From the NCBI GenBank assembly GCA_963663475.2, contig CAXXJV010000001.1, forward strand, positions 256,001 to 320,000: a DNA stretch of 64,000 bases. Reading direction: 5' to 3'. The stretch comes from Candidatus Cloacimonadales bacterium. GTDB taxonomy: Bacteria > Cloacimonadota > Cloacimonadia > Cloacimonadales > JAFGVF01. Below are positions 10,076 to 19,700 of the stretch, one piece after another; within the stretch, counting starts at the first letter, position 1; every line of letters begins with the position of its first letter. Under the pieces are notes generated by a model that ran no database searches, was not told the DNA's origin, and worked only from the letters and a program-made list of their open reading frames with translations. The position numbers and the translations under genes were made by a program.

Positions 10076-12520
10076 ATGAATTTAATCGATGAATTATTAC
10101 TTGAATTAACTTTGTTTGAGGGTAAACAAGATAAATTAGAAGAATTAATAGTAAAACTATTTAATATTATAGGATCCAAGTTCAATATAGAAAGATGTTA
10201 CTGCAAGCTGTTTGATAATCATGCAATCTGTAATCTATCTTATGAATGGAATTATGATAAAACAAACAGAAGTGAAGCTTCAATAGATATCTTTAATTTC
10301 GGTCATTATGAATGGGCTTTGAGTAAGATAAATACTTTTCAAGTTCATGCTATTGATTCTCTTTCTACTTTACCGGAAGAAGCAGAAGCCGAAAGAGATT
10401 TCCTCGAGAAAAATCAAATCAAATCTATGCTGATGAGTCCTATTGAAATTGAAGGTCACTTTGGTGGTATTGTTGGCTTTTCTACCTTCACTTATGAGAA
10501 AGAATGGGATCATGCAGAAAAAACTCTAATCAAGAAGGTATCCAGAGTTTTAAAGCAAGTCTTAACTCCTTTCTATAAAGAATCAATATCTCAAAGACAT
10601 TCAATCCCCATAAGTTATAGTGGGATTTCAGTTATAAACTATATATGTGATTTAAGAACTTTTGAGTTCAAGTATATTAATAAAAGTGCCTATGATGTTT
10701 TTGGTTGTTATCCAGAAGATATAATTAAGCACAAGAATCTATTTGATTATTTTCATAAAGAAGAGAATGAAGAATTCTTTATGCAGATTAGGAACTATAC
10801 CCCCCGCATAAACTACACTTGTGATGTAAAGCTAAAGGATGGTATCAATGGTATAGTTTGGTTAAGAAACAATTATAAGATTTGTAATCATAATGGAAGA
10901 AATTCTATTCAGGGTTTCTGCTACGATGTTACAGATAAGAAATTATTAGATCTTGAACATAGACGTCATAGAGCTTTTCTGGAAAAGTTAATTGATAACA
11001 TTCCTGTTGGTATAACTGTCAAAAACTGTCAAACTGACAAGTATGATATCTGGAATAAAAAGATGGCAAAGATTACTGGAATCTCTAGTCAACAGGCTAT
11101 TAATGCTAGTGATGAGCTAATTTTTCCAGCAGAGTATTTACTGCAGAAAATGCAGAATGAAGATTTAGTAAAAGAAAGTGTTAAGCCATGTTTTTGTGGA
11201 GAAAAGGAATTTATTTCTCTGGAGGGAGAAAAAAAGATTATAACTAATACTATCATTCCAATAGAGTTTGATGGCAAGCTAGACTCTTTATTAACAGTTT
11301 CTCAGGATGTTACTGAAGCTGTTCAAAAAAGACAAGAACTTCAATCTGCAATTACTAAGGCAGAAGAGTCTGATAATTTAAAAACTCAATTCTTATCCAA
11401 TATTTCCCATGAATTTAGAACTCCTTTGAATGCAGTTTATGGTTTTTCAGAATTTCTCAAGAATAACAAATCAATTACCAGCCAGGATAGAGATGAGTAC
11501 CTTACTTTAATTATGCAAGGTGCTCAACGTCTGATTTCTCTTATGGATAATGTCATTAATGTTTCCAAGATTGAATCCAAGAACATTTCTGTAATTCACA
11601 CTAATTTTTCTCTAAGCAATATGTTGAATGAAATTGTAGATCATTACAGACAAGATATTAAAGAGAAGCAAAAGAGTATAGAAATAAACCTGTTTGTTCC
11701 TCAAACTTCTAAGGAAGTTATTTTTGAAAGTGATGAAACAAACATCAGAACTATTTTTGATAACCTATTAAATAATGCTGTTAAATTCACTGAAAAAGGC
11801 ACTATTGATGTAGGATTTTCTATTGATGCTAATAAGAGTATAACCTTCATGATTAATGATACTGGTGTAGGTATTGATCAAGATCAAAAGCAAAATATTT
11901 TTGAATTATTTAGACAGAGTAATGGTTCACACACTAGGGAATTTGGTGGAATAGGTGTAGGTTTAACCATATGTCATAAAATTATTCATCTGCTAGGTGG
12001 ATTTATAACACTTGATTCAGAAAAGGGGAAAGGTTCTTCTTTCATCTTCTCCATTCCAGGCAAGGTAACAGTGGTTGATTTAGCAGATACTAATAATCAT
12101 AATTATTCTCATATTGACATCTATTCTTCAAGTACTTTTGCGGAAAAATGGTCTGGTAAAAATATCTTAGTTGTTGATGATACTATACACATTATTAAGT
12201 TCTTTAAGGCTTTTTTCAAACATATAAAAGTTAATGTTGAATTTGCTCACAATGGTTTAGAAGCTGTAGAAAGATGTAGAAATAACAATATAGATTTGAT
12301 TTTAATGGATGTCCAAATGCCTAAAATGGATGGACTTGAGGCTACACAAAAGATTCGGGAGTTTAATAAGAAGATTCCTATCATAGCTCAGACTGCTTTT
12401 GCTTTTGATTCAGATAGAATGAAGTTACTCAAAGCTGGTTGTGATGACTATATAACTAAACCTATAAATAGAAGAGAATTACTTTTTAAAATGGATAAAT
12501 ATTTTTGGAGTAAAAGGTGA
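10076..12520 (+). CDS. Hybrid sensor histidine kinase (GAF-PAS-PAS-HisKA-HATPase-REC), cytoplasmic
   Basis: FLSNISHEFRTPLN H-box, NLLNNAVKFT, DTGVGI, GGIGVGL, receiver LILMDVQMPKMDG...KP; no transmembrane segment seen. Confidence 0.93.
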   Translation: MNLIDELLLELTLFEGKQDKLEELIVKLFNIIGSKFNIERCYCKLFDNHAICNLSYEWNYDKTNRSEASIDIFNFGHYEWALSKINTFQVHAIDSLSTLPEEAEAERDFLEKNQIKSMLMSPIEIEGHFGGIVGFSTFTYEKEWDHAEKTLIKKVSRVLKQVLTPFYKESISQRHSIPISYSGISVINYICDLRTFEFKYINKSAYDVFGCYPEDIIKHKNLFDYFHKEENEEFFMQIRNYTPRINYTCDVKLKDGINGIVWLRNNYKICNHNGRNSIQGFCYDVTDKKLLDLEHRRHRAFLEKLIDNIPVGITVKNCQTDKYDIWNKKMAKITGISSQQAINASDELIFPAEYLLQKMQNEDLVKESVKPCFCGEKEFISLEGEKKIITNTIIPIEFDGKLDSLLTVSQDVTEAVQKRQELQSAITKAEESDNLKTQFLSNISHEFRTPLNAVYGFSEFLKNNKSITSQDRDEYLTLIMQGAQRLISLMDNVINVSKIESKNISVIHTNFSLSNMLNEIVDHYRQDIKEKQKSIEINLFVPQTSKEVIFESDETNIRTIFDNLLNNAVKFTEKGTIDVGFSIDANKSITFMINDTGVGIDQDQKQNIFELFRQSNGSHTREFGGIGVGLTICHKIIHLLGGFITLDSEKGKGSSFIFSIPGKVTVVDLADTNNHNYSHIDIYSSSTFAEKWSGKNILVVDDTIHIIKFFKAFFKHIKVNVEFAHNGLEAVERCRNNNIDLILMDVQMPKMDGLEATQKIREFNKKIPIIAQTAFAFDSDRMKLLKAGCDDYITKPINRRELLFKMDKYFWSKR

Positions 12521-12540
12521 TAATCTTAGTAAATTAGAAA

Positions 12541-12584
12541 AATAAAGTGAAGGGCTGAAACAGCCCCTATAAGTTCACTTTATT
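12541..12584. terminator. Compound hairpin between convergent kinase and small ORF
   Basis: aataaagtgaa...ttcactttatt outer stem with gggctg-aaa-cagccc inner stem. Confidence 0.6.
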
Positions 12585-12717
12585 AAGGTGTAGGTTGCTC
12601 TAGTCTAAGACGTGATTCTTGAGCTTCAAAAGTGTAGTCTATAGGTGCTTCTATAATCTTCTTCACCTTTTGTGCTCGAATCTTTCTTTCTTCTCTTTGT
12701 GTAAGTTTCTTCTTCAT
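12583..12717 (-). CDS. Putative 44-aa basic small protein (not in ORF track)
   Basis: MKKKLTQREERKIRAQKVKKIIEAPIDYTFEAQESRLRLEQPTP*; AAGGAG RBS, own promoter and downstream hairpin. Confidence 0.6.
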   Translation of the reverse strand: MKKKLTQREERKIRAQKVKKIIEAPIDYTFEAQESRLRLEQPTP

Positions 12718-12765
12718 ATCACACTCTCCTTTTTTTTATTTAATCTACAGGTTTTGTACACTAAT

Positions 12766-12793
12766 ATTATAATCAAAAATACATTTTTAGCAA
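12766..12793 (-). promoter_or_regulatory. Promoter for the 44-aa small ORF
   Basis: TTGCTA-N16-TATAAT on minus strand. Confidence 0.5.
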
Positions 12794-13018
12794 GTCTATT
12801 TTAATTATATTTTAAATTTTAGCTATTAATTAACCCATAATTAACATTTAGTTAATTTAATGTTTTTTTTGATGTAAAAATATTATCTTTAATTATATCA
12901 GATTAGTTTGTGTATATTGCTCTCAAGATATTGCTAACTTCTTGAGAATCAGTGAACTGTAACTTATAGTTATATAATGATTTTATCTCAAAATCTGTCA
13001 AGCATTTTTTTCCTCTGA

Positions 13019-13038
13019 TCCCGAATAATGCAGTAGTA
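13019..13038. repeat. Terminal fragment of family-A MITE
   Basis: tcccgaataatgcagtag matches the family-A terminal inverted repeat; lies just past the stop of the 778-aa gene. Confidence 0.6.
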
Positions 13039-13050
13039 AGACCTAGAGGG

Positions 13051-15387
13051 TCAATCTGAAAAACTCTCAATATTAAACTCAACAGTTACTACTTCTGAAG
13101 GTTGCATGCCTACTCTATATGCTCTTGCTTTTACAGTTGTTGTTTCAGAGATAATAAAAGAACCCATATATTGATTAGAAGCTAAATTTGGAATACTGCC
13201 ATCTAAAGTATAATAGATATCTGACCTGCTAGAACCACTAGTCATCGAGATTGTTTGCTCAGATTCATAGCTTCCTGAATCAGGAGAAATTATTGGAATA
13301 GGGGTTACTTCAAAAAGAGTATTCTTAAGTCGTCTAACAAGGCGAAAACCTAAGTGAGTTAAGGTACTATTATCTTGCGAGGCATTTAAACGACGAGTTA
13401 ACTTACAATCATTAGCATTATTGTGAAAGCCACCTCCACGTAGAATACGGACAAAGCCACTATTTGGACCAAGGGGATCAATCTGCGCTTCAGGACTATA
13501 TTCTGCCACTACATCATAACACCACTCAAAGACATTACCCGCCATATCATAAAGACCTAACTCATTTGGTAATTTTCTACCTATTGAGTGTGTTGAACTC
13601 CCTGAATTATCATCATACCAAGCATAGTCTGATAATTGAGCTTCGTTATCTGTACCTGCCCATTGATTATATCCACTAGCATGACTTTCATTTCCCCCTT
13701 TTGCAGCAAACATCCATTCCATCTCGGTAGGTAAACGATAGCCATTAGCATCAAAATCGCATTGCCAGTTACTTGTATCATAACAAGGAGTTAAGCCTTC
13801 CTCAATACTAATGGCATTACAGTAAGTAACAGCATCCTCCCAAGAAACTTTTTCTACAGGTTTGTTTAAACCAATTGAGTTACTGGGATTTTCTCCCATG
13901 ACAGCTTCATATTCTCCCTGAGTAACTTCATACTTACTCATAATAAAGGAAGAAACAGAGATATCAGCATAACCATTATAGAAGGTTCCGCCTTCTACTA
14001 AAACGAAGTTTTCTGGCATTATTTCAATTTCATATTCAATAGTTATAATTTCTGATGGTTGCCAACCGACTCTATAAGCACGAGCTTTAACTGTTGTTGT
14101 TTCAGAGAGAGTAAAAGGACCAGTATAATGTGTGGACATTGAGCTTGGTTCACTACCATCTAAAGTATAATAGATATCGGATCTACCTGAGTCACTAGTC
14201 ATTGTGATTGTTTGTTCTGTTTCATAGAAACCTGCTTGAGGTGAGACTTGTGGTCTAGGAGTAATTTCAATCTGAGTTTCTTCTATTCGACGAACTATAC
14301 GGAAACCAATGCCATAATTAGAAGCAGAAGGCGGTAAAGGGAAAAAACCTGTAATTTTGGTAGAAAATGCAAGAGCACTAAAAAATCCTCCTTTACAAGC
14401 TCTACCTTGACCAGTCAAAGGACCCACAGGGTCAACTTGTGAATAACCTTCACTATAATCTCCAAAAACATCCCAACACCATTCGTTTATGTTACCAGAC
14501 ATATCATATAAACCAAGAGCATTAGGTAGTTTGAGTCCTACTTGGTGAGCCATACTTTCTGAATTATCTACATACCAAGCATACTGAGTTAACTGTGCTT
14601 CATTATTAGTTCCAGCCCAAGCATCATAGTCCGTAGCATCAGTTTGATCACCACCTTTACCAGCATATAGCCACTCTCTTAAAGTTGGTAAACGATAACC
14701 ACTCGCATTAATATCTAAATTATAGTTTTCATGATTGCTTGTAAGGTTCCACCCCTCAGACCAGTTATCAGGATTAGCTCCTTCATTGTTATAGTCATAA
14801 CATGGCGTAAGTCCTTCTTGCATAGATCGAATGTTACAGTATTTGACAGCATCAAACCAAGAAACAAAATATACTGGATAAGCATTGCCAATAGCAAAAG
14901 TATGAACTGGATTTACACCCATCACAGCTTCATATTCGCCTTGGGTAATCTCGTACTTATCCATAAAAAATGTAGAAATTGTAGTATCATAACCTTCTTC
15001 ATAGAAGACACCTCCATTTACTTTCGTGAATGAAAGAAAATTATCATCATCTTCAAGAGGATTATCACGAGCAATGAGTTTAACTTGAAAGTTATTGCCT
15101 GCTTCAATATTATCAGAGAGGTAGTTCCATACAATTTGCTTTCTTCCACCTGGGATAATGTTGCTTCCAACATGACCAGAAAGAGTTGTTGGATAAATAC
15201 TGAATGTAGAGCCACCATCATCGGAGGCAATCACCATTACCTGACATTGTCCATCAGCATCTAATTGGTAATTGATATAGACATTTACAGAATCAGAGGT
15301 GATACCTATGTTACTTATAGTTGGAACAAGTGAGAAAAGGCAAGTTAATGTTATTACAAAGAGTGTTAATATAGTATATTTTTTCAT
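13051..15387 (-). CDS. Secreted FGE-sulfatase(SUMF1)/CLec-fold repeat protein: N-terminal Ig-like domain + (FGE - Fn3-associated/CHB_HEX_C-like) x2; no CTD
   Basis: Signal peptide; repeated YE(I/V)TQGEY, GYRLPT..EW, PN.LGLYDM.GN..EWC.D, GFR.VR; IYYTLDGS.P...T.VKARAY repeats; no FGE CxxxxC catalytic motif. Confidence 0.85.
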   Translation of the reverse strand: MKKYTILTLFVITLTCLFSLVPTISNIGITSDSVNVYINYQLDADGQCQVMVIASDDGGSTFSIYPTTLSGHVGSNIIPGGRKQIVWNYLSDNIEAGNNFQVKLIARDNPLEDDDNFLSFTKVNGGVFYEEGYDTTISTFFMDKYEITQGEYEAVMGVNPVHTFAIGNAYPVYFVSWFDAVKYCNIRSMQEGLTPCYDYNNEGANPDNWSEGWNLTSNHENYNLDINASGYRLPTLREWLYAGKGGDQTDATDYDAWAGTNNEAQLTQYAWYVDNSESMAHQVGLKLPNALGLYDMSGNINEWCWDVFGDYSEGYSQVDPVGPLTGQGRACKGGFFSALAFSTKITGFFPLPPSASNYGIGFRIVRRIEETQIEITPRPQVSPQAGFYETEQTITMTSDSGRSDIYYTLDGSEPSSMSTHYTGPFTLSETTTVKARAYRVGWQPSEIITIEYEIEIMPENFVLVEGGTFYNGYADISVSSFIMSKYEVTQGEYEAVMGENPSNSIGLNKPVEKVSWEDAVTYCNAISIEEGLTPCYDTSNWQCDFDANGYRLPTEMEWMFAAKGGNESHASGYNQWAGTDNEAQLSDYAWYDDNSGSSTHSIGRKLPNELGLYDMAGNVFEWCYDVVAEYSPEAQIDPLGPNSGFVRILRGGGFHNNANDCKLTRRLNASQDNSTLTHLGFRLVRRLKNTLFEVTPIPIISPDSGSYESEQTISMTSGSSRSDIYYTLDGSIPNLASNQYMGSFIISETTTVKARAYRVGMQPSEVVTVEFNIESFSD

Positions 15388-15395
15388 GCTATCCC

Positions 15396-16112
15396 CTATT
15401 TCAAAAGAAGTACTTTACTGGTTTTGGAATAAGTAGCAGATTTCATTTTGATAAAGTAAATACCATTACTGCATGCTTTTCCATAGTTATCTAAACCATT
15501 CCATTTTATTGTATGGTCTCCTGCTAAAATCTTATTTTTCCTTACTAACTGCCCTTTAAGATTATAAATACTCAAATCACTTACTTCGTTCTCTTTTACT
15601 CTGACACAAATATTTGTTGAATTACTTCCATTAAAAGGATTAGGATATATTGAAACAAGCTCTGTTGAATTAGGAAGAGAAGGAACATCTCCTTCATCAT
15701 CTATTCGGACATTTACTGGTCCATGAAAGTTAGTGCCATTATATTCAATACTTTGTAGCCAATAATAATAATTTGTGTCTAATTCAACCGCATTATCAAT
15801 ATAAGAATAATTATGGGTTAATGAAGTATTATAAGCAGGAATAATTGTTGAGGATATGATATTTGCCAAGTTTAGATCAGCTACTTCCGCTCTATGAATA
15901 TGATAACCTATCATATCTTGTTCAGATTCACTAGTCCATTTAATATCTACAGTTTGGTTAGAAATATTAGGTATCGCCATAAAAGAAGATAGTGTTACAG
16001 GTAAAGTCTCATCACTAATTGAAAAAGTTGGCGAAATAGTAAAACCTGTTAAAGAATACAATAGTCCAGAATTTAACATCACAGAAATCAACATAATCAA
16101 AACTTGTTTCAT
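15396..16112 (-). CDS. 238-aa secreted protein: short N-terminal peptide + LPVTLSSF Ig module + CTD (start moved to ATG 16112)
   Basis: AGGGAG RBS; same length (717 bp) as paralog 20821..21537; IYPNPFN...IYNLKGQLV...WNG.D...NGIYFIKM...SKVLLLK. Confidence 0.85.
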   Translation of the reverse strand: MKQVLIMLISVMLNSGLLYSLTGFTISPTFSISDETLPVTLSSFMAIPNISNQTVDIKWTSESEQDMIGYHIHRAEVADLNLANIISSTIIPAYNTSLTHNYSYIDNAVELDTNYYYWLQSIEYNGTNFHGPVNVRIDDEGDVPSLPNSTELVSIYPNPFNGSNSTNICVRVKENEVSDLSIYNLKGQLVRKNKILAGDHTIKWNGLDNYGKACSNGIYFIKMKSATYSKTSKVLLLK

Positions 16113-16339
16113 TTGTAACTCCCTACTAAAGTTATTTGTATTTAACTTATATTTATAATTTTGCAATTGTTGTCAAGTTCTTATTCTTGATTATGTAATT
16201 ATTTTACCCAGAGACTGCTCAACCACCAATAATAAAGACAGAAGGATTAAAATTATTTATCACATTTCCCACTCTACTTAGGAGAGAACTCTATTTTACT
16301 TCACAAAAATTACAGAGAAAAAACTATATTCTCCTCTCT

Positions 16340-16420
16340 TCATCCATAATCCTTCCTTTACAGTCTTTCGATGAAAGTCCCAGTTTCATCGAAAGACTGT
16401 AAAGGAAGGATTATGGATGA
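16340..16420. repeat. Family-D perfect palindrome (37-bp arms, 7-nt loop)
   Basis: tcatccataatccttcctttacagtctttcgatgaaa-gtcccag-exact reverse complement; second copy at 40777. Confidence 0.9.
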
Positions 16421-16491
16421 TAAGGCTATTGATAAGACCGATGTTCCTTAACCATAGGTAAGGAAGGTCGGGTAAAAAAGGCTCAAGTTCA

Positions 16492-16702
16492 ACCCGAATA
16501 GTGCATTTGAACTTTGATGAGGAGTGCTAGATTCTTTTAGCAAAATAAGTTACAGAATTTTGACGCATATAATTTTTATATTCGGAGAAATTAGGATCTT
16601 ACTTTTGCAGAAGAATATTCTGCTATTCACAAAGGTCTCCTGCATTATTTGGGTTGAAGAAGAATATTCTGCTATTCACAAAGGTCTCCTGCATTATTGG
16701 GT
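16492..16702 (+). mobile_element. Family-A fold-back MITE with duplicated right end
   Basis: acccgaat...gggt (16492-16654), then ~48-bp repeat of the right end finishing at the TTA stop of the 1369-aa gene; follows a truncated family-B end ggctcaagttca (16480-16491). Confidence 0.85.
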
Positions 16703-19700
16703 TTAATCCATATTTGAGCGAACCAAACGAATCCCTATCTTAGGAAGTAAGTAATGAGGAAATCCTGAATAACGTCTAGTAATAACCATATTATATGGTG
16801 GTGAATTCCAATCTCCTCCTCTATATACCCTTTTTGGCCCATAGTCAGGTCCAATCGGATTAACCGCAGTTTCGTCAGCAAAGTTTTCATAATAATTCGT
16901 TTGATACCTGTCATAACACCATTCACCTACATTACCAGACATATCATAAAGACCTAACTGATTAGCAGCTTTTAAGCCTGATGGGTGGCTTGACTCATTA
17001 CTATTATCAGAATACCAGGCTATATAATCGACTTCGTTTGAGCCAGAGTAAAGGTAATTAGGTGTCATAGAAGCACCTCTCGCAGCATATTCCCATTCTG
17101 CTTCAGTGGGTAATCTATAGCCATTAGCTGTAAAGTCACATGAGTAATCTGTTAAATCATAGCAAGGAGTAAGTTCTTCAGCAATACTTTTAGCGTTACA
17201 GTAACTAAGTGCTTCTTGCCAAGTAATGTTATCAAGTGGTAAGGAAAAATCATGGTGAGATGATGGGTCAACTTGCATGACTTGATAATAGTCAGCCAAA
17301 GATACTTCAAATTTACTTATATAAAAGGAGTTTAATTGAACTTCATGAGTAGGTTCTTCATCAATTAATCCTCCATAAGGAGCTCCCATTGTGAAGCTCC
17401 CTGAAGGGACATAAACAAAGTCTTGATTTTCAGCAAAATTATATTCATAAGTTAATATTTCAGAGGCTAAAAAGCTATATTCAAAAGCTCTTGCTTTCAC
17501 ACTAGTATCAACAGAGATATAGAAGGGGTCAGTATAGAGGAAAGAATCTCTATCAGGTTCGCTGCCATCGATTGTGAAATAGATCTCAGCATTTTCGTGT
17601 TCACTAGACATAGTAATAGTCTGAACTGAATCATAGTCTCCTCCTAGAGGGCTAATAATCGGATTAGGAGTTGTTTCAGGAATAACAAAAGCTAACGATC
17701 TAGCTAGACGGAAGCCAACATTGTTTATTCTATTAGAAGGTAAAGTAGCTTGGCGATGTAGAACTGTACAATAAGAGACACCTGTATTCCATGCTCCACC
17801 TCTAGTTATTCTATCTTCACCTGTTTCTGCTCCCCATGGATTTAACTGAGGTCCAGGAGGATAATCCCCATAGATATCCCAGGTCCACTCATAAACATTA
17901 CCAGACATATCATACAGGCCTAAAGCATTAGGTTCTAAGAGGCCTACTGGTTTTGTTCCATTAGGAGTATTATTAAAGCTATTCCAACAACCTCCACTTA
18001 TATTATCATAACCCCAAGTAGGAGTTTGATTTCCCCCCTTTGCAGCATACATCCACTCCATTTCAGTTGGAAGCCTATATCCATTAGCTATAAAATCACA
18101 GTTAACATTTTCGTGATTTATTGCAGAGTTCCAACCTGTTGGCCAGTTATCAGGATTAACTCCACTATCACCAACACTATAACAAGGAGTAAGGCCATCT
18201 TGAATAGAACGAATATTGCAAAATTTAATTGCATCAAACCAAGATACCATATAGACAGGAAAATCTGGGTCTATTCCATAAGATTGAACAATTTCAGAAG
18301 GATTATTTCCCATTACTGCTTCATATTCACCTTGAGTAATTTCATATCTATTGATAAAGAAGTTACTAATTGTAATATCTGATGTCCCATTATAAAAACT
18401 TCCACCTTCTATAGATACAAAGTCATTCACAAGTAATTCAATTTCGTAGTCAGCAGAAACTATTTCTGAATATTTTAATCCTTCTTTATAGGCTCTAGCT
18501 TTAACACTTGTAGTTTCGTAAATAGTAAAAGGCTGGTCATAGTGTTCAGACCCCATATTTGGGTCGCTACCATCAAGAGTGTAGTAAATTTCTATATCAG
18601 GGTATTGACTGGATAAAGTTATAGTTTTTGGTATTCTATAGGAATCAGCATCTGGAGAAATATCGGGAGAATCAGTAGGAGAAAGATGAGTGTATCCAAG
18701 CTTTCTAACTGTTCTAAAGCCAATTGAGAAATTACTAGCATCAGGAGTTTCTTGATTCCTAATCATTAACTTAGTATTTGCTGCTGAGTTCAACCAAGAA
18801 CCACCACGATATATACGGTTAATTGCTATTGAACCACCCTGAGGATCTTCTTGAGCCTCACTAGTATAATCTGCATGCTTATCCCAACACCATTCTGCAA
18901 CATTACCTGCCATATCATAAAGTCCTAATTGATTTGGTGTTTTACTTCCTACCGAATGGGTTTGTCCTGAAGCATTAGAATTATACCAGGCATAGTTTCC
19001 TACTTGGGAACTTTCATTAGTACCTGGCCAATCATTAAAATCTACTGGAGGACTAGCAAGTCCACCTTTAGCAGCAAACATCCACTCCATCTCAGTTGGC
19101 AAACGATAACCATTAGCAGCAAAGTTACAGCGATAACGAGATTCATTATTCACTAGATCCCAACCTTGAGACCAGTTATTAGGGTCTGTTCCTTCTCGAT
19201 TATAATCATAACAAGGCTCTAAACCTCTTTCTATAGACTTCAAATTGCAATACTTAACAGCTTCAAACCAACTTACCTGGTCCACAGGTTTATCATCTCC
19301 AGCAAAACTACTCGGATTTGCTCCCATAAGACTTGTATAGTCTGCCTGATTAACTTCGTACTTATTTATATAGAAGGGAGTAATAGCTACATCACCACTT
19401 CCATTGAAAAAACTTCCCCCTTCAAGATAAACAAAGTCAGCTTCAATAACTTCTATTTCTATGTCACTAGTTACAATTTCAGACTGTTTCCAGCCTTGTT
19501 TATAAGCTCTTGCCTTAATTGTTGTAGTTTCAGATATTTCAAAAGGACTGGTATATTTTGTAGAAGTTAGGTCTGGATCTGAACCATCTAAAGTATAGTA
19601 AATTTCAGGTCTTCCCTGTCCCCCATAAAAAGAAATAGTTTGAGCTTGATAATAAAGACCACTAGCAGGACTAATACTTGGATTTGCTACTGCCTGCAAA

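Noticed and set aside
12619-12804. 61-aa plus-strand ORF
   Set aside because: TTG start without RBS; the opposite-strand 44-aa ORF has promoter, RBS and terminator support.
16492-16702. CRISPR array suggested by the repeated gaagaatattctgctattcacaaaggtctcctgcattatt
   Set aside because: Only two adjacent copies, no unique spacers, no cas genes; it is a duplicated MITE end.
16524-16706. Short ORFs in repeats (also 21681..21896, 25496..25720, 32633..32818)
   Set aside because: They are translations of family A, B or C repeat DNA with inconsistent frames between copies and no RBS.
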